Shown here: positions 1 through 14,411 of the stretch, piece by piece
How positions within the stretch are numbered: the first letter of the stretch is position 1
Layout of the letters: every line of letters starts with the position of its first letter
NCBI GenBank assembly: GCA_951406725.2
Contig: OX597820.1
Coordinates: 93,620,001-93,684,000 of the forward strand
DNA length: 64,000 nucleotides
Direction of reading: 5' to 3'
Source of the DNA: Octopus vulgaris
Taxonomy: Eukaryota
Program-made: the position numbers and the translations under genes
Notes under the pieces: model-generated
Database searches by the model: none
Told to the model about the DNA's origin: nothing
Seen by the model: the letters and a program-made list of their open reading frames with translations, nothing else

Positions 1-132
1 GGTATTGTTAGTGGTAGTAGTTAGTGATGGTGTCTGTTGATGGTGGTGGTGGTGTTAGCAGAGGTGATGATGGAGGCAGTGATGGACAGTGTCAACAATG
101 ATGATTGTGGTACTCTTGGCAATTGTGCTACT

Positions 133-372
133 ATTTCTTATTTCTTAATTGCCCACAAGGGGCAAAAAATAGAGGAAACAAACAAGGACAGACAAAGGGA
201 AGAAGTCGATTATATCGACCCCAGTGCATAACTGGCACTTAATTTATCAACCTCGAAAGGATGAAAGGCAAAGTCGACCTCGGCGGAATTTGAACTCAGA
301 ACATAATGGCAGATGAAATACCGCAAATCATTTCGCCGAGCACGCTAACGTTTCTGCCAACTCACCACCTTA
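133..372 (-). mobile_element. SINE family A
   Basis: Reverse-complement match to the 28182 copy. Confidence 0.85.
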
Positions 373-1545
373 ATTGTGGTACTATTTCTTTCAGATAGAG
401 TGCTCATATAGAGGCTCCCCACAATTCATGCACAACAGTATTAAACAGAAAAGGATTTTATTTTCCTTTTGGTTGGGAAGTCAGATTCAGACAATATTCC
501 CAGTATATCTGGTATCAATTTGCACCAAATCAATTGGCCCAACAGGAATAGCCGAAACGACCAGCCAACCATGCCAGCATGGGAAACAGATGTCAAACAC
601 TAATGATGAAGATCACAATTATGATGATGCAGGCACAGATGTGGTTGTGTAGTTGGAAGTTTGCTCCTAAACACATTGTTCCAGGTTCAGTCCCACTGTG
701 TGGCACCTTGAGCAAGTGTCTTCTACTACAGCTTTGAGCTGACCAAAGCCTTGTGAATGGATTTGGTAGATAGAAACTGAAGGAAGCTCACTGTGTGCAT
801 ATATACATGTGTGTGTGTGTTTTCCACACTGCTGTAGGTGTGTTTACATCCCTGTAATGTAGCAGTTTAGCAAAAGAGACTGATAAAATAAATACCAGTC
901 TTTACAAAAACTAATAAAGTACAGGGGTTGATTCATTCAACTAAAATTCCACAAGGCGGCTCCAGCATGGTCGCAGTCTGATGACTGAAAGAAATAAAAG
1001 ATAAAATATATATTAAGCCAACTTCCATACAGTTTCTGTCTATAAAATCCCACTCACAAGATATTAGTCAGGCCTAGGTTATAATAGAAGACATTTACCC
1101 AAGGTGTCATGCAGTGAGATTGAACCCAGAGTCATGTTATTGGGAAGGAAACTTCTTAACCACATAGCCATGACAAACTATTTAACTTGTGAGATTGGTA
1201 GCATTATCATCATTCAAGGTCTGTTCTCTGTGCTGGTATAGGTTGGATGGTTTGGGAGGAGCTGGCCAGCTGAAGAGCTGTCTGGGATCCTTGTCTGTTT
1301 TGAAATGGTTTCTATGGCTGGATGCCCTTCCTAATGCTAACCACTCTACAGAGTGTTCAGGGTGCTTTTACATAGCACTGGGATGGGTGATTTTATGTGG
1401 GATCAGCACCTGCAAGCCTGCAAATTTAGGGTCGTTCAGCTGAAGAGGGGCAACTGGTAGCATGACTTCAAACTTATAACTGACAGTCCAGTTGATTAAA
1501 AAGAAATAATTAGGCAAGTATTAAAATGTAATTAAGTTAACTTAC

Positions 1546-1705
1546 AAAGACATTGAGTCCTCTGGCGCACATGTTCTTCTTGGATGTATTGAACACATAT
1601 CGATTAGTGGGATCAGATGAGAGGTGAGCAATGACAAGAAACAGTGTTCCCAGCACAAACATGATGACCACAACACCAATAACTGTGAACTCCATGAACC
1701 ACCAA
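1546..1705 (-). CDS. M6: Proteolipid protein (M6/DM20/PLP family) coding exon with TM2 and intracellular loop
   Basis: Acceptor tttttctattttcag and donor gtaagt. The 160-nt exon (phase 2 to phase 0) encodes WWFMEFTVIGVVVIMFVLGTLFLVIAHLSSDPTNRYVFNTSKKNMCARGLNVF, which aligns by eye to the DM20 exon 3A segment (..[32 protein letters not shown]). Confidence 0.88.
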
Positions 1706-3848
1706 CTGAAAATAGAAAAAATAACAAATATTAGATATCATTTAAAATATATATGTATGTGTGTGTGTATATATATATATGTATCATTTAACATCTGCCT
1801 TACATGCTGGCATGGGTGGGTGTATATACATATATATATAAATAAAGGTGAGCTGATGGAATTGTTAGCATGCTGGGCAAAATTCTCAGTGGCATTTTGG
1901 CCATCATTAGGTTTTCTGAGTTAAAATTCTACTGAGGTTGACTTTCTCTTTCATCTTTGCTGTACCAGTTGAGCAATGGGGTTGATGTAATTGGCTTGCT
2001 CATTTCCCCAAAAGTGCTGGTCTTGTGCCAAAATTGGAAGCCAATATGTGTGTGTGTGTGTGTTTGTGTGTACAGGCACACACTATATAATATCATACAC
2101 ATGTTAGTTTAAAATCTGTATGTTCTTTAGATTTTGAAAAAAATAATCCATTGTATCTTAGAAGTGCTTCAACTATTGAGCATTAAATAAAAGCCCTTTT
2201 GCATAAATCACTTCCAGAATATTTCTGGTCTCTGGAACCCTCAAAACAGGAGAATTTTGTTCCTTATTTTATCAATGCAGGTAAGTAAATTCTCTCAACT
2301 GGCATAAATGAAATAACAAGATAAAACATGCACGCACAGCCAAATGCATTTGAAACTCAAACATATAGACAAGAGTTATCACATATGCATACAAAACAGA
2401 CATACATATCCATGAAAAAAAAAAAAAAAAAGACATGTGAGATACATGATATCTGTCTGTCTGTCTATATGAAATGATAACTTCTATGTTTTTAAAACAA
2501 TTGTTATCAGTCATGTTCACCTAAAAAAGCATCCTTAAGTGCTAACAAAAAGCAGTTTTCACTATATAAGTATAATATACATATATATTGTACAAAGTAT
2601 GAGCATCTAGTTGTTTGGTCAAGTGGACGAGTTTCTTGTTGAAGTGACATGCAAAGTGGTTGAGTATTTCATAGCACGCATGTACCTTTAACATAATTCT
2701 CAAGTACAATCTATATGGCACAGTGTGATAAGGCTAGACCTTAATATTACAGACAGTCTATCCACTGATTCTGTCCAAAATATTTATTCAGGATACCAAG
2801 CAGCAAAATCAAATCTCAGACTTCATGACTAAAGTAAACGCTGTAAACTATTTGTTGATAAGTGTGTACGTGTGTGGCTGTGTGTGTTAACTAATTTTAT
2901 AGTGGGTCATTAAAATGCAAATAAAATTTTAAGAATGTTAAAAAAATGTATATCTGTTACAAATGATATAAACAGTGCATCTAGAATGAAATATTTATGC
3001 AGGATTATCATGATTTTTTTGAAATCAATTACTCAATGAATCATTATGTCCTGGGCAATGCTAACTATCTTAATTATATATCTATAAAATATAAATTAGA
3101 GATAAAACCACTATTATGCAACTCAAACAGTGGTAAACATAAACCAAAACAAGTAACGAATAAAATATATTTTTATAAAACATATAACTAGATAACATAT
3201 ATAACATATAACTTGAGTTGAATTATAGTGGTTTTATCTCTAATTTATATATTTATATTGTGAAATTTGATTTAATACTAAATTGAATTTTTCCCTGTAA
3301 GTTTGGAGTTATACTCCCTATTATTATATATATATATATATATACTATTTTGGTCAAGTGAACAGGGGGAATAATAAATTTCAGTTTGGTTTTGTCACAT
3401 AGACCTGTACATACAAACACAATCATACACAGAGTATAGATGGCACAACTATGTTCTACTTTCTGTTCATTTCTTTGATCTGCTAAATGTCTATGTATGC
3501 CACTTTAAAGCAGACCGGTCAGAGACATCTACAATAGTGAAGCATACAAAAGACAGTCTGGATACTGACATAGCTAGCAAAAGGTCAGCAAGTCACAGGA
3601 GAATCAGCTAAGTGAACTAAGTCACTTTTTTCCTAGAGGCTGAGTAATTAAGAAGTTTGTTTCTGAACCATGTAACCACAAGGTTTCAAGTTTAGTCCCA
3701 CAGCAAGACATCTTGGGCTAGTAAGTGTTTTTCTACTAGAGCGCTGGGCCAATCGAAACCTTGTCAGTGGATTTGGTAGATGGAGACTGAAAAACCTCAT
3801 TGTATGTGCATGAGTGCCTGATTGAGTGAATTATTGTGAGTATGTAGT

Positions 3849-4630
3849 GTGTGTGTTGTGGGTGCACGTGGTGTGGGTGCACACATTGTGGGCACATGTT
3901 GTGTGCATGTGGGTGTGATTGCCATGGGCGTGTGTGTGTGTTTGCTGTGGGTATGTGTGGGTGTGTTTGTTGTGGATGTGCTTGTTGTGGATGTGCTTGT
4001 TGTGGGTGTGCGTGCTTGTTGTGGGTGTGCGTGCTTGTTGTGGGTGTGCGCGCTTGTTGTGGGTGTGCGCGCTTGTTGTGGGTGTGCGTGCTTGTTGTGG
4101 GTGTGCGCGCTTGTTGTGGGTGTGCGCGCTTGTTGTGGGTGTGCGCGCTTGTTGTGGGTGTGCGCGCTTGTTGTGGACGTGTGCGCGCTTGTTGTGGACG
4201 TGTGCGCGCTTGTTGTGGACGTGTGCGCGCTTGTTGTGGACGTGTGCGCGCTTGTTGTGGACGTGTGCGCGCTTGTTGTGGACGTGTGCGCTTGTTGTGG
4301 ACGTGTGCGCTTGTTGTGGACGTGTGCGCTTGTTGTGGACGTGTGCGCTTGTTGTGGATGTGTGCACTTGTTGTGGGTGGGTGTGTGTGCTTGTTGTGGA
4401 TGTGTGCACTTGTTGTGGGTGGGTGTGTGTGCTTGTTGTGGATGTGTGCTTGTTGTGGGGGGTATGTGCGCTTGTTGCATGTGTGTGTGTTGTGGGTGTG
4501 TTTGTTGTGTGTGTGTGTGCTTGTTGTGGGTGTGTATGTGTTTGGTGTGGGTGTGTATGTGTTTGGTGTGGGTGTGTATGTGTTTGGTGTGGGTGTGTAT
4601 GTGTTTGGTGTGGGTGTGTTTGCTGTGTGT
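3849..4630. repeat. GT-rich minisatellite with 19-21-bp units
   Basis: Blocks of GCTTGTTGTGGGTGTGCGC, GCTTGTTGTGGACGTGTGCGC and GTGTTTGGTGTGGGTGTGTAT. Confidence 0.95.
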
Positions 4631-5539
4631 GTTCTTGTCTTGACATTGTAGGTTAGTCTGAGTGTCACTGTCATACAAGCTATGTCAATCATTTCCAGTA
4701 TTCTGTAAAATCATGTCTGGCCATGAGAAGTATAACCGTGCTTGGAGACAGATACGTGTTGACAACAGAAGGTGCATCCAACCATAGAAAATCTACCTCA
4801 ATAAACTCCAACTGACCCATGCAGGGATGAAAAAGTGGATATTAAAATAATGATAATTATATCTCATAGGTTCAGCTAGACATCAAACAACCAACCCATC
4901 ACTGCTACCATCTATTCACTTCCAGCTATCACCATTATGGTGAAAAGTAGAACAGGGGAGAATGTTGAAATGCTAGAGTGAAGTCTTGTAAAAGTATGTT
5001 GTGTACAAGAGATAAGATAGAAGAAGGAAGCTCCCCAGTCAGGTTCCTTATGGGCAAGAAACATAACCACACATTCTTCAGGGGTTGGTGTTACATTACT
5101 GGAATAGGCACATTTTTGACAGAGAAATGAATACCTTATTTTCTGATATAGAAGAATATACAGCCAGAAAAATGGTAGGTTGACTTATACACCAAGACAA
5201 CTTTAGGGAACCAAAAGTTCCATGTAATATGTAGCAGGATTAGAAAAGATAGTGTAGATGTGTTCATGTTTACATTGTATACTATGCTGACTTGTATGAC
5301 AGAAAATAGGATAAACTAATTGAAGTAGTGAGAATATGTAACAACAATTGAGCTTAAACGAAGAACAGTTGGGGAAAAGGAGATAGTATCACAACAGGTA
5401 ATAAAGGAATTCTTTCTCTAAATAGAAAGTAGACTGTATGAACTAAAATGATACATGGTTATCAAAATATGGGTATTGAATGGAGAGAATGAAAAAAAGC
5501 TGGAGAGAAATGAAGCAAGCATACTCCACTGGTTATATA

Positions 5540-5810
5540 ATGTTTGTGAATCTGAGCACTGGAGTACAAGTGAATGACAGAAAACAAAAGGCAAACAAAG
5601 TAACTAGGTGTAAGAGCTGTAGTGTCCAAGATGGCATTGGCGTAGGCATGTGATGTATATGAAGGCTAATAGTTGGGTTAAGTGGTGTCAAGTGATCCAA
5701 GTGCTTTGGATCCAAGGAGCTATGGAAAAAGAAAGTCCAAGAAAGGGATGGAAAAACTGGTGAAGGTTGATCACAGAATGCTGAATCTCATGAAGATGAT
5801 CAAAAAGGGG
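5540..5810 (+). mobile_element. Highly decayed RTE-like fragment
   Basis: HVMYMKANSWVKWCQ..ESPRKGW resembles the RTE HVMRM..GRPRKTW segment. Confidence 0.4.
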
Positions 5811-6584
5811 TGCAAGAATTGGTAAGTTACTATACATACATACATACACAAATAATATATATCATGTATTACAGGTATGTTATGTAAAGGGAAGGTGAGG
5901 AGAGTTAGTGGTACTAGTGCGCCAACATGGATACTAGACTTACAAGAAATAACAGCTAAATTTCTACCAAATTGTAGCCTGCTACATTTAAAAACGAAAG
6001 TACACAATGCAAAAAGTAACTACAGATAGACTGTTTGAATATAAGAGATGATCATTGTTCAAATGCTTTTGATTGTAAGTCAGCTGGATTGAGGTTAACC
6101 TGGGGTTAAACAATAGTTTGGAAAACCTTTACATGATCATTTCACTTATTGAAAAGAGTCTTCAAATTTCTTTCAAATCACATTATACCATTTTGAAAAA
6201 GGAAGGACACATTACAAAGATATACTTTGACACACACATTGCTCACATTTTTCCTTAGACATTGACTTGAAGATGCTTAGACTTGGCATTGGCTACAATA
6301 ATCTCACTAGTCTCACAGGGGTAGAGAGAGAAACAGAAACAGGACTGCAAAGGTCATGGGTACTGCTTAGCCTCTGTTGACTAACATGTAAAAGAAAAGG
6401 TCAACTTTGACAGAGCTACTTAATTTTATTATTATTATTGTTATTATTATTATTGTTGTTATTATTATTATTATTATTACCAGTCAAGTACTGGGGTTAA
6501 TCTAATTGACTATATTCCCTTCTCTCAAAATTGTTGGCCTTGTGCCTAAATTAGATTATTGTTATTATTATTATTATTATTTAT

Positions 6585-6803
6585 GCAGTGAGCTGGCAGA
6601 ATTGTTAGCATGCCGGGGGGGGGGGGGGATGCTAAGTGGTATTTCATCAGTCTTCATATTCTGAGTTCAAATTTCACCAAGATTGACTTTGCCTTTTATC
6701 TTTTCGTGGTCGATAGAATATGTATCAATTAATTACTGGGGGGTTGATGTTATCAAATTTCTCCCACCACTAAAATTGCTGGCCTAGTGCCGAAATTTGA
6801 AAC

Positions 6804-6848
<45 letters not shown>

Positions 6849-7280
6849 GAGGTGTCGAGCTGGCAGAATTGTTAGCATGCCAGGCGAAATGCCAAGTGGC
6901 ATTTCATCTGCTGCTATGTTCTGAGTTCAAATTCTGCCAAGGTCGACTTTGCCTTTCATCCTTTTGGGATCGATAAATCAAGTACTAGTTGAGTACTAGG
7001 GAAGATGTGATCGACTGTTCCCTTCCCCACACAATTCAGACCTTGTGCCTATAGTAGAAAGGATTTAAAAAGGTGGCCAGCTGGCAGAATCATTAGCGTG
7101 CAGGGTGAAATGCTTAACAGTATTTCATCCACCTTGACATTCTGAGTTCAAATTCCACTGAGGTTGACTGCCTTTCATCCTTTTGGGGTTGATAAATTAA
7201 GTACCAGTGAAACACTGGGGTTGATGTAATCGACTATCTCCCTCCCCTAAAATTTCAGGCCTTGTGCCAATAGTAGAACA
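6585..7280 (+). mobile_element. Three tandem SINE family A copies interspersed with (ATT)n
   Basis: Repeated head and core motifs at ~6590, ~6855 and ~7075. Confidence 0.8.
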
Positions 7281-7421
7281 GATTATTATTATTATTATTA
7301 TTATTATGGCATCAAACTGGTGAAATTGTCAGTATGTTGGACAAAATGCTTTGTATCATTTCTTCCAGCTCTTTATGCTCGGAGTTCAAATTCCACAAAG
7401 TTCAATAAAATAAAGTCTCAT

Positions 7422-7792
7422 AGGCACAGGAGTGGCTGTGTGGTAAGTAGCTTGCTTACCAACCACATGGTTCCAGGTTCAGTCCCACTGCGTGGCACCT
7501 TGTCTTCTACTATAGCCTCGGGCCGACCAAAACCTTGTGAGTGGGTTTGGTAGACAGAAACTGAAAGAAACCCGTCGTATACATATATATATGTGTGAGT
7601 GTGTTTCTGTGTTTGTCCCCCCACCAATATCGCTTGACAACCGATGCTGGTGTATTTACGTCCCAGTAACTTAGCGGTTCAGTAAAATAGACCGATAGAA
7701 TAAGTACTAGGCTTACAAAGAATAAGTCCTGGGGTCGATTTGCTCGACTAAAGGTGGTGCTCCAGCATGGCCACAGTCAAAATGATTGAAAA
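7422..7792 (+). mobile_element. SINE family B
   Basis: Matches the 30365 copy. Confidence 0.85.
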
Positions 7793-8645
7793 GAGTTGTT
7801 GTGATTGACTCGCCCCCCCTCCCACGAAATATCAGGCCTTGTGTTTATTTTAGAAAGGATTATTATTGTTAGTAGTAGCAGCAGCAATAGTAAACTGTAA
7901 CTCCATACACATGAAGATTTAGTTCCAGTTTTCAATGCTCTGAACTTAAATTCTGCTGAGATTGACTGTTTCAGTTATGATTATAGAAACAATTGATTTA
8001 AGTATCAGTTATTTACTGGAATATATTGTGACATCTATACATTTCGTTATTAGCAGTATAGTAGCAGAAATGCAAGAATAACAGTCTGCAACAATGTCTT
8101 ACTGTATATTACCAAAGTAAGTACTAACGTACTAAAAAAGGTCAGCCTGATAATTTTAATTAATCAAGAAAATGCCAATGCCAAGGAGAAGAGGTAAAGA
8201 TTGCTGGGAGGCAACTAGAAATAAAAGAATTTTTTTTTTCTTTTGGAGGTTAAATGTGTCAATGTGCCAGTGACTCAAATTTTGAAAATGGGAAACGTGG
8301 TGAAAATGTAGTGAGATGTTTTCTCTGATGTTTTCATTTAAAATCATTTTTAAAGCTAATAAAAAACTGGGGTTAAATTAATTAATTCCAATACTCTTCT
8401 TACACCAAAATGAGAAATTCTTTTATTCTTTTATTCTTTTACTTGCTTCAGTTATTTGACTGTGGCCAAGCTTGGGCATCAGCTTGAAGAGTTTTAGTTG
8501 AACAAATCGCCTCAGAACTTGACTTTTGTTGTTTTTAAGCCTAGTACTTATTCTATTGGTCTTTTTACTGAGGCGTTAAGTTATGGGGATGTAAATACAC
8601 CCACACCAGTTGTCAAGCAGTGATGGTGGGGTACAAATAAAGACA

Positions 8646-8687
<42 letters not shown>

Positions 8688-8689
<2 letters not shown>

Positions 8690-8910
8690 CATCATCATTT
8701 AACGTCCGCTTTCCATGCTAGCATGGGTTGGACGGTTCAACTGGGGTCTGGGGAGCCCGAAGGCTGCACCAGGCCAATCAGATCTGGCAGTGTTTCTACA
8801 GTTGGATGCCCTTTCTAATGCCAACCACTCCGAGAGTGTAGTGGGTGATTTTATGTGCCACCGACACAGGTGCCAGACGAGGCTGGCGAACGGCCACGCT
8901 CGGATGGTGT
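8688..8910 (-). mobile_element. RTE-related retroposon 3' end with a (TGA)n tail
   Basis: CCATGCTAGCATGG palindrome and GACGTTAAATGATGATG end on the minus strand. Related pieces lie at ~550-610, 1200-1420, 4690-4860 and 14640-14740. Confidence 0.6.
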
Positions 8911-9429
8911 TTTTTTTTTTTTTGTATGTATGTATGTATGTATGTATGTATGTATGTGTGTGTGTATATATATATATGTGTGTGTGTGTATATATATACA
9001 CACACACAATACTTCTTTCAGTTTCTGTCCACCAAATCCATTCACAAGGCTTTGATCAGCCTGAGATTATAGTAGGAGACATTTACCCAAAGGGCTACCC
9101 AGTGGGACTGAACCTGGAACCATGTGGCTGGGAAGCAAACTTCTCACCACACAACCATGCTTGTACCTATTTGGGCAAAAAATTTTCCCACTGTCAGACA
9201 AAAGGTCTTGTGGTATTTGTTCTAGTGCTAAACATACAGCATTCAATTCTCACCAAACTAAGCTTGGTCTTTCATTCCTCTGGGAAGCAAGAAAAGAAAG
9301 TGCCAGTCAAGGACTGGAATTGATTTATTAGGCTAACTCTCTGAAAATTTCTGGCCTCATGTCTACATTAGAAAATTATTGTTATGAGTATGGGGTAGGT
9401 GGTGAACAAGTAGAAATGTTAGCACATAG

Positions 9430-9952
9430 GTGCAGGAATGGCTGTGTGGTAAGTAGCTTGCTTACCAACCACATGGTTGTGAGTTCAGTCCCACTGCATG
9501 GCATCTTGGGCAAGAGTCTTCTACTGTAGCCTCAGGCTAACCAAAGCCTTGTGAGTGGATTTAGTAGACAGAAACTGAAAGAAACCAGTCGTATATATTC
9601 ATATATATATTTCTTTACTACCCACAAGGGGCTAAAAGTCGACCTTGGTGGAATTTGAACTCGGAACGTAATGGCAGACGAAATACAGCAAAACATTTCA
9701 CCCGGCATGCTAACGTTTCTGCCAGCTCGCCGCCTTATTATATATATGTTTATATATATATTTATATATATGTTTGTCCATCCCTCATCACTTGACAACT
9801 GATGTTGGTGTGTTTATGTACCTGTAATTTAGCGGTTCAGCAAAAGAGACCAATAAAGTACCAAATTTACAAAAAATAAGTCCTGGGGGTCGATGTGTTC
9901 AACTAAAGGTGGTGCTCTACCATAGTCGCAGTCAAATGACTGAAACGAAAAG
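9430..9952 (+). mobile_element. SINE family B with a nested minus-strand family A copy (~9608-9736)
   Basis: Family A sequence is inserted in the central (TA)n of the family B copy. Confidence 0.8.
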
Positions 9953-10628
9953 AAATTTTTTTTAAATACCGAACAAACTGCTAAATGGTATTTCATCCAT
10001 CTTTATGGTGTGACTTCAAATGCTGCTGAGATTCACTTTGCCTTTTTCATCTTTTCAGGGTTCATAAAATGAGTACCAGTTGAGCAAGGGGAAAAGTTTA
10101 TTTACATTGACTAGTAACTTATTTTATCAACTCCAAAAGGATGACAGGATAAGTTGGCCTTGGCAAGATTTGAACTCAGAATGTAAAGAGTCGGAAGAAA
10201 TGCTTCTCGGCACACCACTACTATTTACCCTAAAGCAGTCACAGTATTTCTGACTTTCACATTTATAGAACTTAATTTTGATAGCATTATATTCCCTGGG
10301 GTCACAGGAACAGATGAGAATGACCCTTGACCTCTCAAATTTCTGGTAAGGTTATATTGTTCAGTCTTTCTTAATGAGACAATATGTTGGTTTATAAATA
10401 TATATTATATATATGTGTATTGGCATACACATCTGGCTTACCAATAGACATAATTGGCTTCCAGGCTAAGTTTTTTTTTTTTTTTTTTTTTTTAAATAAC
10501 CACATTAACCTATAAATATACAGATGAGAAGAGCAAACGGACAGGGAATTGGAATGCACTGGAGACAAGAGCAGAAAGCTTTATGCATATGTGTGTGTGT
10601 ATATGTATGTATAATGATGATGATGATG

Positions 10629-10665
<37 letters not shown>

Positions 10666-10694
10666 GAGTGTATGAAATGAAGTGGAAGACGAAG

Positions 10695-11035
10695 AAAGGA
10701 GGAGAGACTGGGTTGAGAGAGAAAGAGGGAGAGATGGAGAGAGAGATGAGTGCAGAGAAAAGGTAGTAGTAAACAGAATGAAACAGTTAAACTGCAAGAT
10801 AACTGCTGATATCGGAATAGAATTGAGAGTTTACTAGGATCAACCAACATATGGAGAGAGAGGGAGAGAGAAGGGGAGAGATGGAGAAAGAGATAGAGGA
10901 AGCACTATATAGAAAGGAGGGAGGGAGAGAGAGATGTAAAGAGAAAGATAGAGAGAACTAAAAAGGGAGATGAATAGAGATAGAAAGTGATAGAAAGAGC
11001 CGGAGAAATAGAGAGAAAGATAGACAGAGACATTG
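10695..11035. repeat. Degenerate GA-rich purine tract
   Basis: GAGA/GATA-rich low-complexity sequence. Confidence 0.8.
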
Positions 11036-11167
11036 AGCACAAGCTGTAATATTAGAACCAGTTTGTTGTCCAGACATTTTTAAAGTCAACCTGTATCAAT
11101 TATGGAAAGTATTGAAGTATAATTTTTCAAAAATAAAATAAAAACAGAATATTCAGTAAAAGTGTCC

Positions 11168-11592
11168 ACATGTATGTATGCATGTATGTGTGTGTGCGTA
11201 TATATATGTATGTATTTATGCATGTATGTATGTGTGTGTGTGCGCGTATGTATGTATGTATGGTGTGTATGCAAGTATGTATGGTGTGTATGCATATATG
11301 CATGTATGTATACATGTGCATATATGTATGTATACATGTGCATATATGTATGTGTTGCATGCTCATATATGTATGCATGTATGCCTGCGCATATATGTGT
11401 GCATGTACACACATGTATGTGTGCATATATATGCATGTGTGCATGTGTATATATGTATGTGTTTGTGCATTTGCATATATGTATGTATTTGTGCATGTGC
11501 ATATATGTATGTATTTGTGTATTTGCATATATGTATATATTTGTACATGTGCATATATGTATGTATGTGTGTGTGCATGTGTGAGTATGTGT
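11168..11592. repeat. Compound TG/TA/CA microsatellite
   Basis: Alternating purine-pyrimidine tract. Confidence 0.9.
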
Positions 11593-12529
11593 AATAGCAT
11601 ATTTAACTGTTCTAAAAAGTGTGAACTAAGTGCAATGATTATAGAGATTAAATATAGTTAGCATTGTTGTCTGTTTTCAAGTATAAAATTTATGTCTGGA
11701 AACAGATTTGAAAGAAAATCTCAAAGTAATATATTGGTTATTGAACAGTTCCAAGTTTAATTCACATTAATTCATTTATTTCTATTTACTTTATGGAATT
11801 ATGGAATAGCAAAGTATCTAATTTTGGTATTTCCAGTAATGCGGAATAATTAGAATACGAGGTACTGGAAGTATCATTAGTATTAGAGTATTCTGTTACT
11901 TGTTTTAGACATTTGTTTGTGACCATGCTGGGGCACCACTTTGAAGAATTTTTGTTGAACAAGTTGACCGCAGGACTTATTATTTTTAAGTCTAGTAATT
12001 AGTCTATCAGTCTTGTTTGCTGAACCACTAAGTTGCAGGGATATAAACACACCGAAACCAGTTGTCAAACCGTGGTGGGGGACAAAGTGACACAAAGACA
12101 CACAGATATATACTTAGCAGCCTATCTTCCAGTAACTATCTTGGACTTCTTGTATCTCTTCATTCAGCAATCAAAAGTCTGAAAGAGATGGGTTCCTGTT
12201 TGGGGCCTGTGAAGCTTTACAATGCATGGAACCAAGTCAAACTGTTTTAAATAATATATATATATAGCTACACACGGCAGGTTTCTTTCAGTTTCCATCT
12301 ACCAAATCCATCACAAGACTTTAGTCAATCTGAGGCCATGGTAGAAAACTTTTGCCCAAGGTACCACACAGTGGGATTGAACCTGGAACCATGAGATGGG
12401 AAGCAAACTTCTTACCACACAGCCATGCCTATAGACAATTTTTATTAAAGTGATGCTAGAATTGCAAGTGCTGGCATGATAATGTGCTAGCTCCAATATT
12501 TGATCCTCAGAAGAGGAAAGATTGGTAAA

Positions 12530-12955
12530 AAAGTCAAACTTGTTTTATCTTCAATTCAGTTTCCATGCCTATCCTCACTTTTGGTCATGAATGAAAGAGT
12601 ATGACCACAAATACAAGCAATCAAAATGGGGTTCTTTTTTCCAAAGGATCTTTAGAATAATATTACTTGCCAGTGTGTTGAAGCTCTGAGATTAGGGAGT
12701 CTTTTTTAGGATGTGCTATTACACCTCTGTATTGTGGGGTCACAACTTTGGTATTACAAGTGATAAGAATGTCGCAGGAAAAAATCGCAAGAGGGATATT
12801 TCAAGCAGAGTCAACTGGCAGAGAACTATGAGAAGACTGAAAATGAGATGGTTGGAATAATATACACCAATGATTCCCAACATGGAGTATACATACCACT
12901 GCTTGGGCCTGGAAAAATTGTAGTGGGGAAATGGTGCTGTAGTCACCAGGCACAA
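12530..12955 (+). mobile_element. Decayed RTE LINE 3' fragment
   Basis: Broken translation PILTFGHE..QIQAIKMGF..SSEIRES..STGR..MRW resembles the RTE C-terminus. Confidence 0.55.
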
Positions 12956-12967
12956 AGGTCACATTAA

Positions 12968-13185
12968 CCCTTTTGATACCAACCCGGCTGAAACCACCTT
13001 TGGCTCTGTAGTACAAATGTCTTGTTTTCATAAGTTTTGAATTAAAATCTTCCACCAAACCTTAGTCACAATTTATGTTCCTAACACTAACTTAATGATA
13101 ACTAAGTTACTTTACTAAATTCTTATATTTAGAATTAATTGAAAGAAACACAGAGCATCTCAAAATAAATATGGTAATGAAAGGG
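12968..13185. mobile_element. piggyBac-type MITE
   Basis: TTAA on both sides and CCCTTT/AAAGGG termini. Confidence 0.75.
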
Positions 13186-14019
13186 TTAAAGTGATCCATT
13201 TTTTTTGTACCCAGTACTTTATAAAAGAGTTACAGCTAAATTCTTTTGCATTAATTAATTGTGATAAAATATTAAAAATAAAGTTTTCTTCCAGCCTCCA
13301 GTGGGACATACATTTTTCTAGAAAGTTATTGTGAGGCCTGAGGGAAAAGGGGTTGGGAAACACAGATGTAGTCTCATTTGGTCATGCTTGGGAATTCAAC
13401 TGTGCAAAGTCTAATGAGAATGTTTCTGATGAGACCCTATGGAGGAAGTACCTGAGGACTCTACCCCTACAATCCCCCCAGGAATAGGGGGCAGAGAAGA
13501 TGAATGGATTATTAAAGTGACATTTAGTATATAGAAAAATGCCCATAATAGTTATGTAGCTAAACCTGAATTACACACTAGCGTGACATATCAGATCCAG
13601 GATGGAATTTGTACATATTTTAACCTCAGATCGGACGTGATTAAGCAGACCCATGTTCAAAAGTGTTTCATTCCAGTTGTTACCATTCCATCTTTTTAGG
13701 AGTACATCAATCTATATTTTCCAGTATGCTCTTTTTTTTGTTCTTTGTTCTTATATAAGAGAGTAGTCTATGATTTGAGATAATTTAGATGTTATTTCTG
13801 GTTGGTTAAATAAACACATAGAGCTTCCTCACTGGTCTGTGAGATCCTTGATTTGGTTTATATACACCAAAACATACTCAGAGTCAATGATAGATCATTT
13901 AGCAAGTGCTATGGTACACCAAAATGATAGTTCTTTAGTTTATTTAAGCTACTAAAGCCATGCTGAATCAGTAACTAGTGCAACATTTAAGAAAAAAATT
14001 TTTTTATGTCAGGCGGTGC

Positions 14020-14252
14020 GCATCAAAGTGCAACATCTTGAACACCTAAATTTAAGTGCAACATTGCATATCTACATCTAATAGCTTATTACAATTTGCA
14101 CCTAAATATAGCATATGGCAATTTACATGTAGCTGCAGCATATTGCACATCTGCCTCTAACTGCAATATACTGCAAACCTGCATCTGAGTACAAAAAACT
14201 GCATACCTGTCTGAAAGTGCAGCATATTGCACACCTGCATGTAAGTGTAACA
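14020..14252. repeat. Degenerate ~28-bp tandem repeat
   Basis: Recurring AAGTGCAGCATATTGCACACCTGCATCT-like units. Confidence 0.65.
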
Positions 14253-14411
14253 CAGTTTACTGTTGGTCAATATACAAGGCTGAACTGTTCAGTTGCACAA
14301 GAGTTTAAGATTAATAAGCAGAGTAAAAGAAATGGAATTCTTAAGACCAACTTTTAGAAATTAAAAAAAAAAAAGAAGATGGTTATGATTTAACAACTAG
14401 GCAGATTTTAA

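Noticed and set aside
3736-4692. Six overlapping ORFs of 245-318 aa
   Set aside because: All six frames are open only because the GT-rich minisatellite lacks stop codons; the peptides are low-complexity.
11086-11661. Several 138-163-aa ORFs
   Set aside because: They are translations of a compound microsatellite.
13426-13460. CTGATGA followed by a weak hairpin
   Set aside because: It lacks GAAA and the helix III/NUH arrangement.
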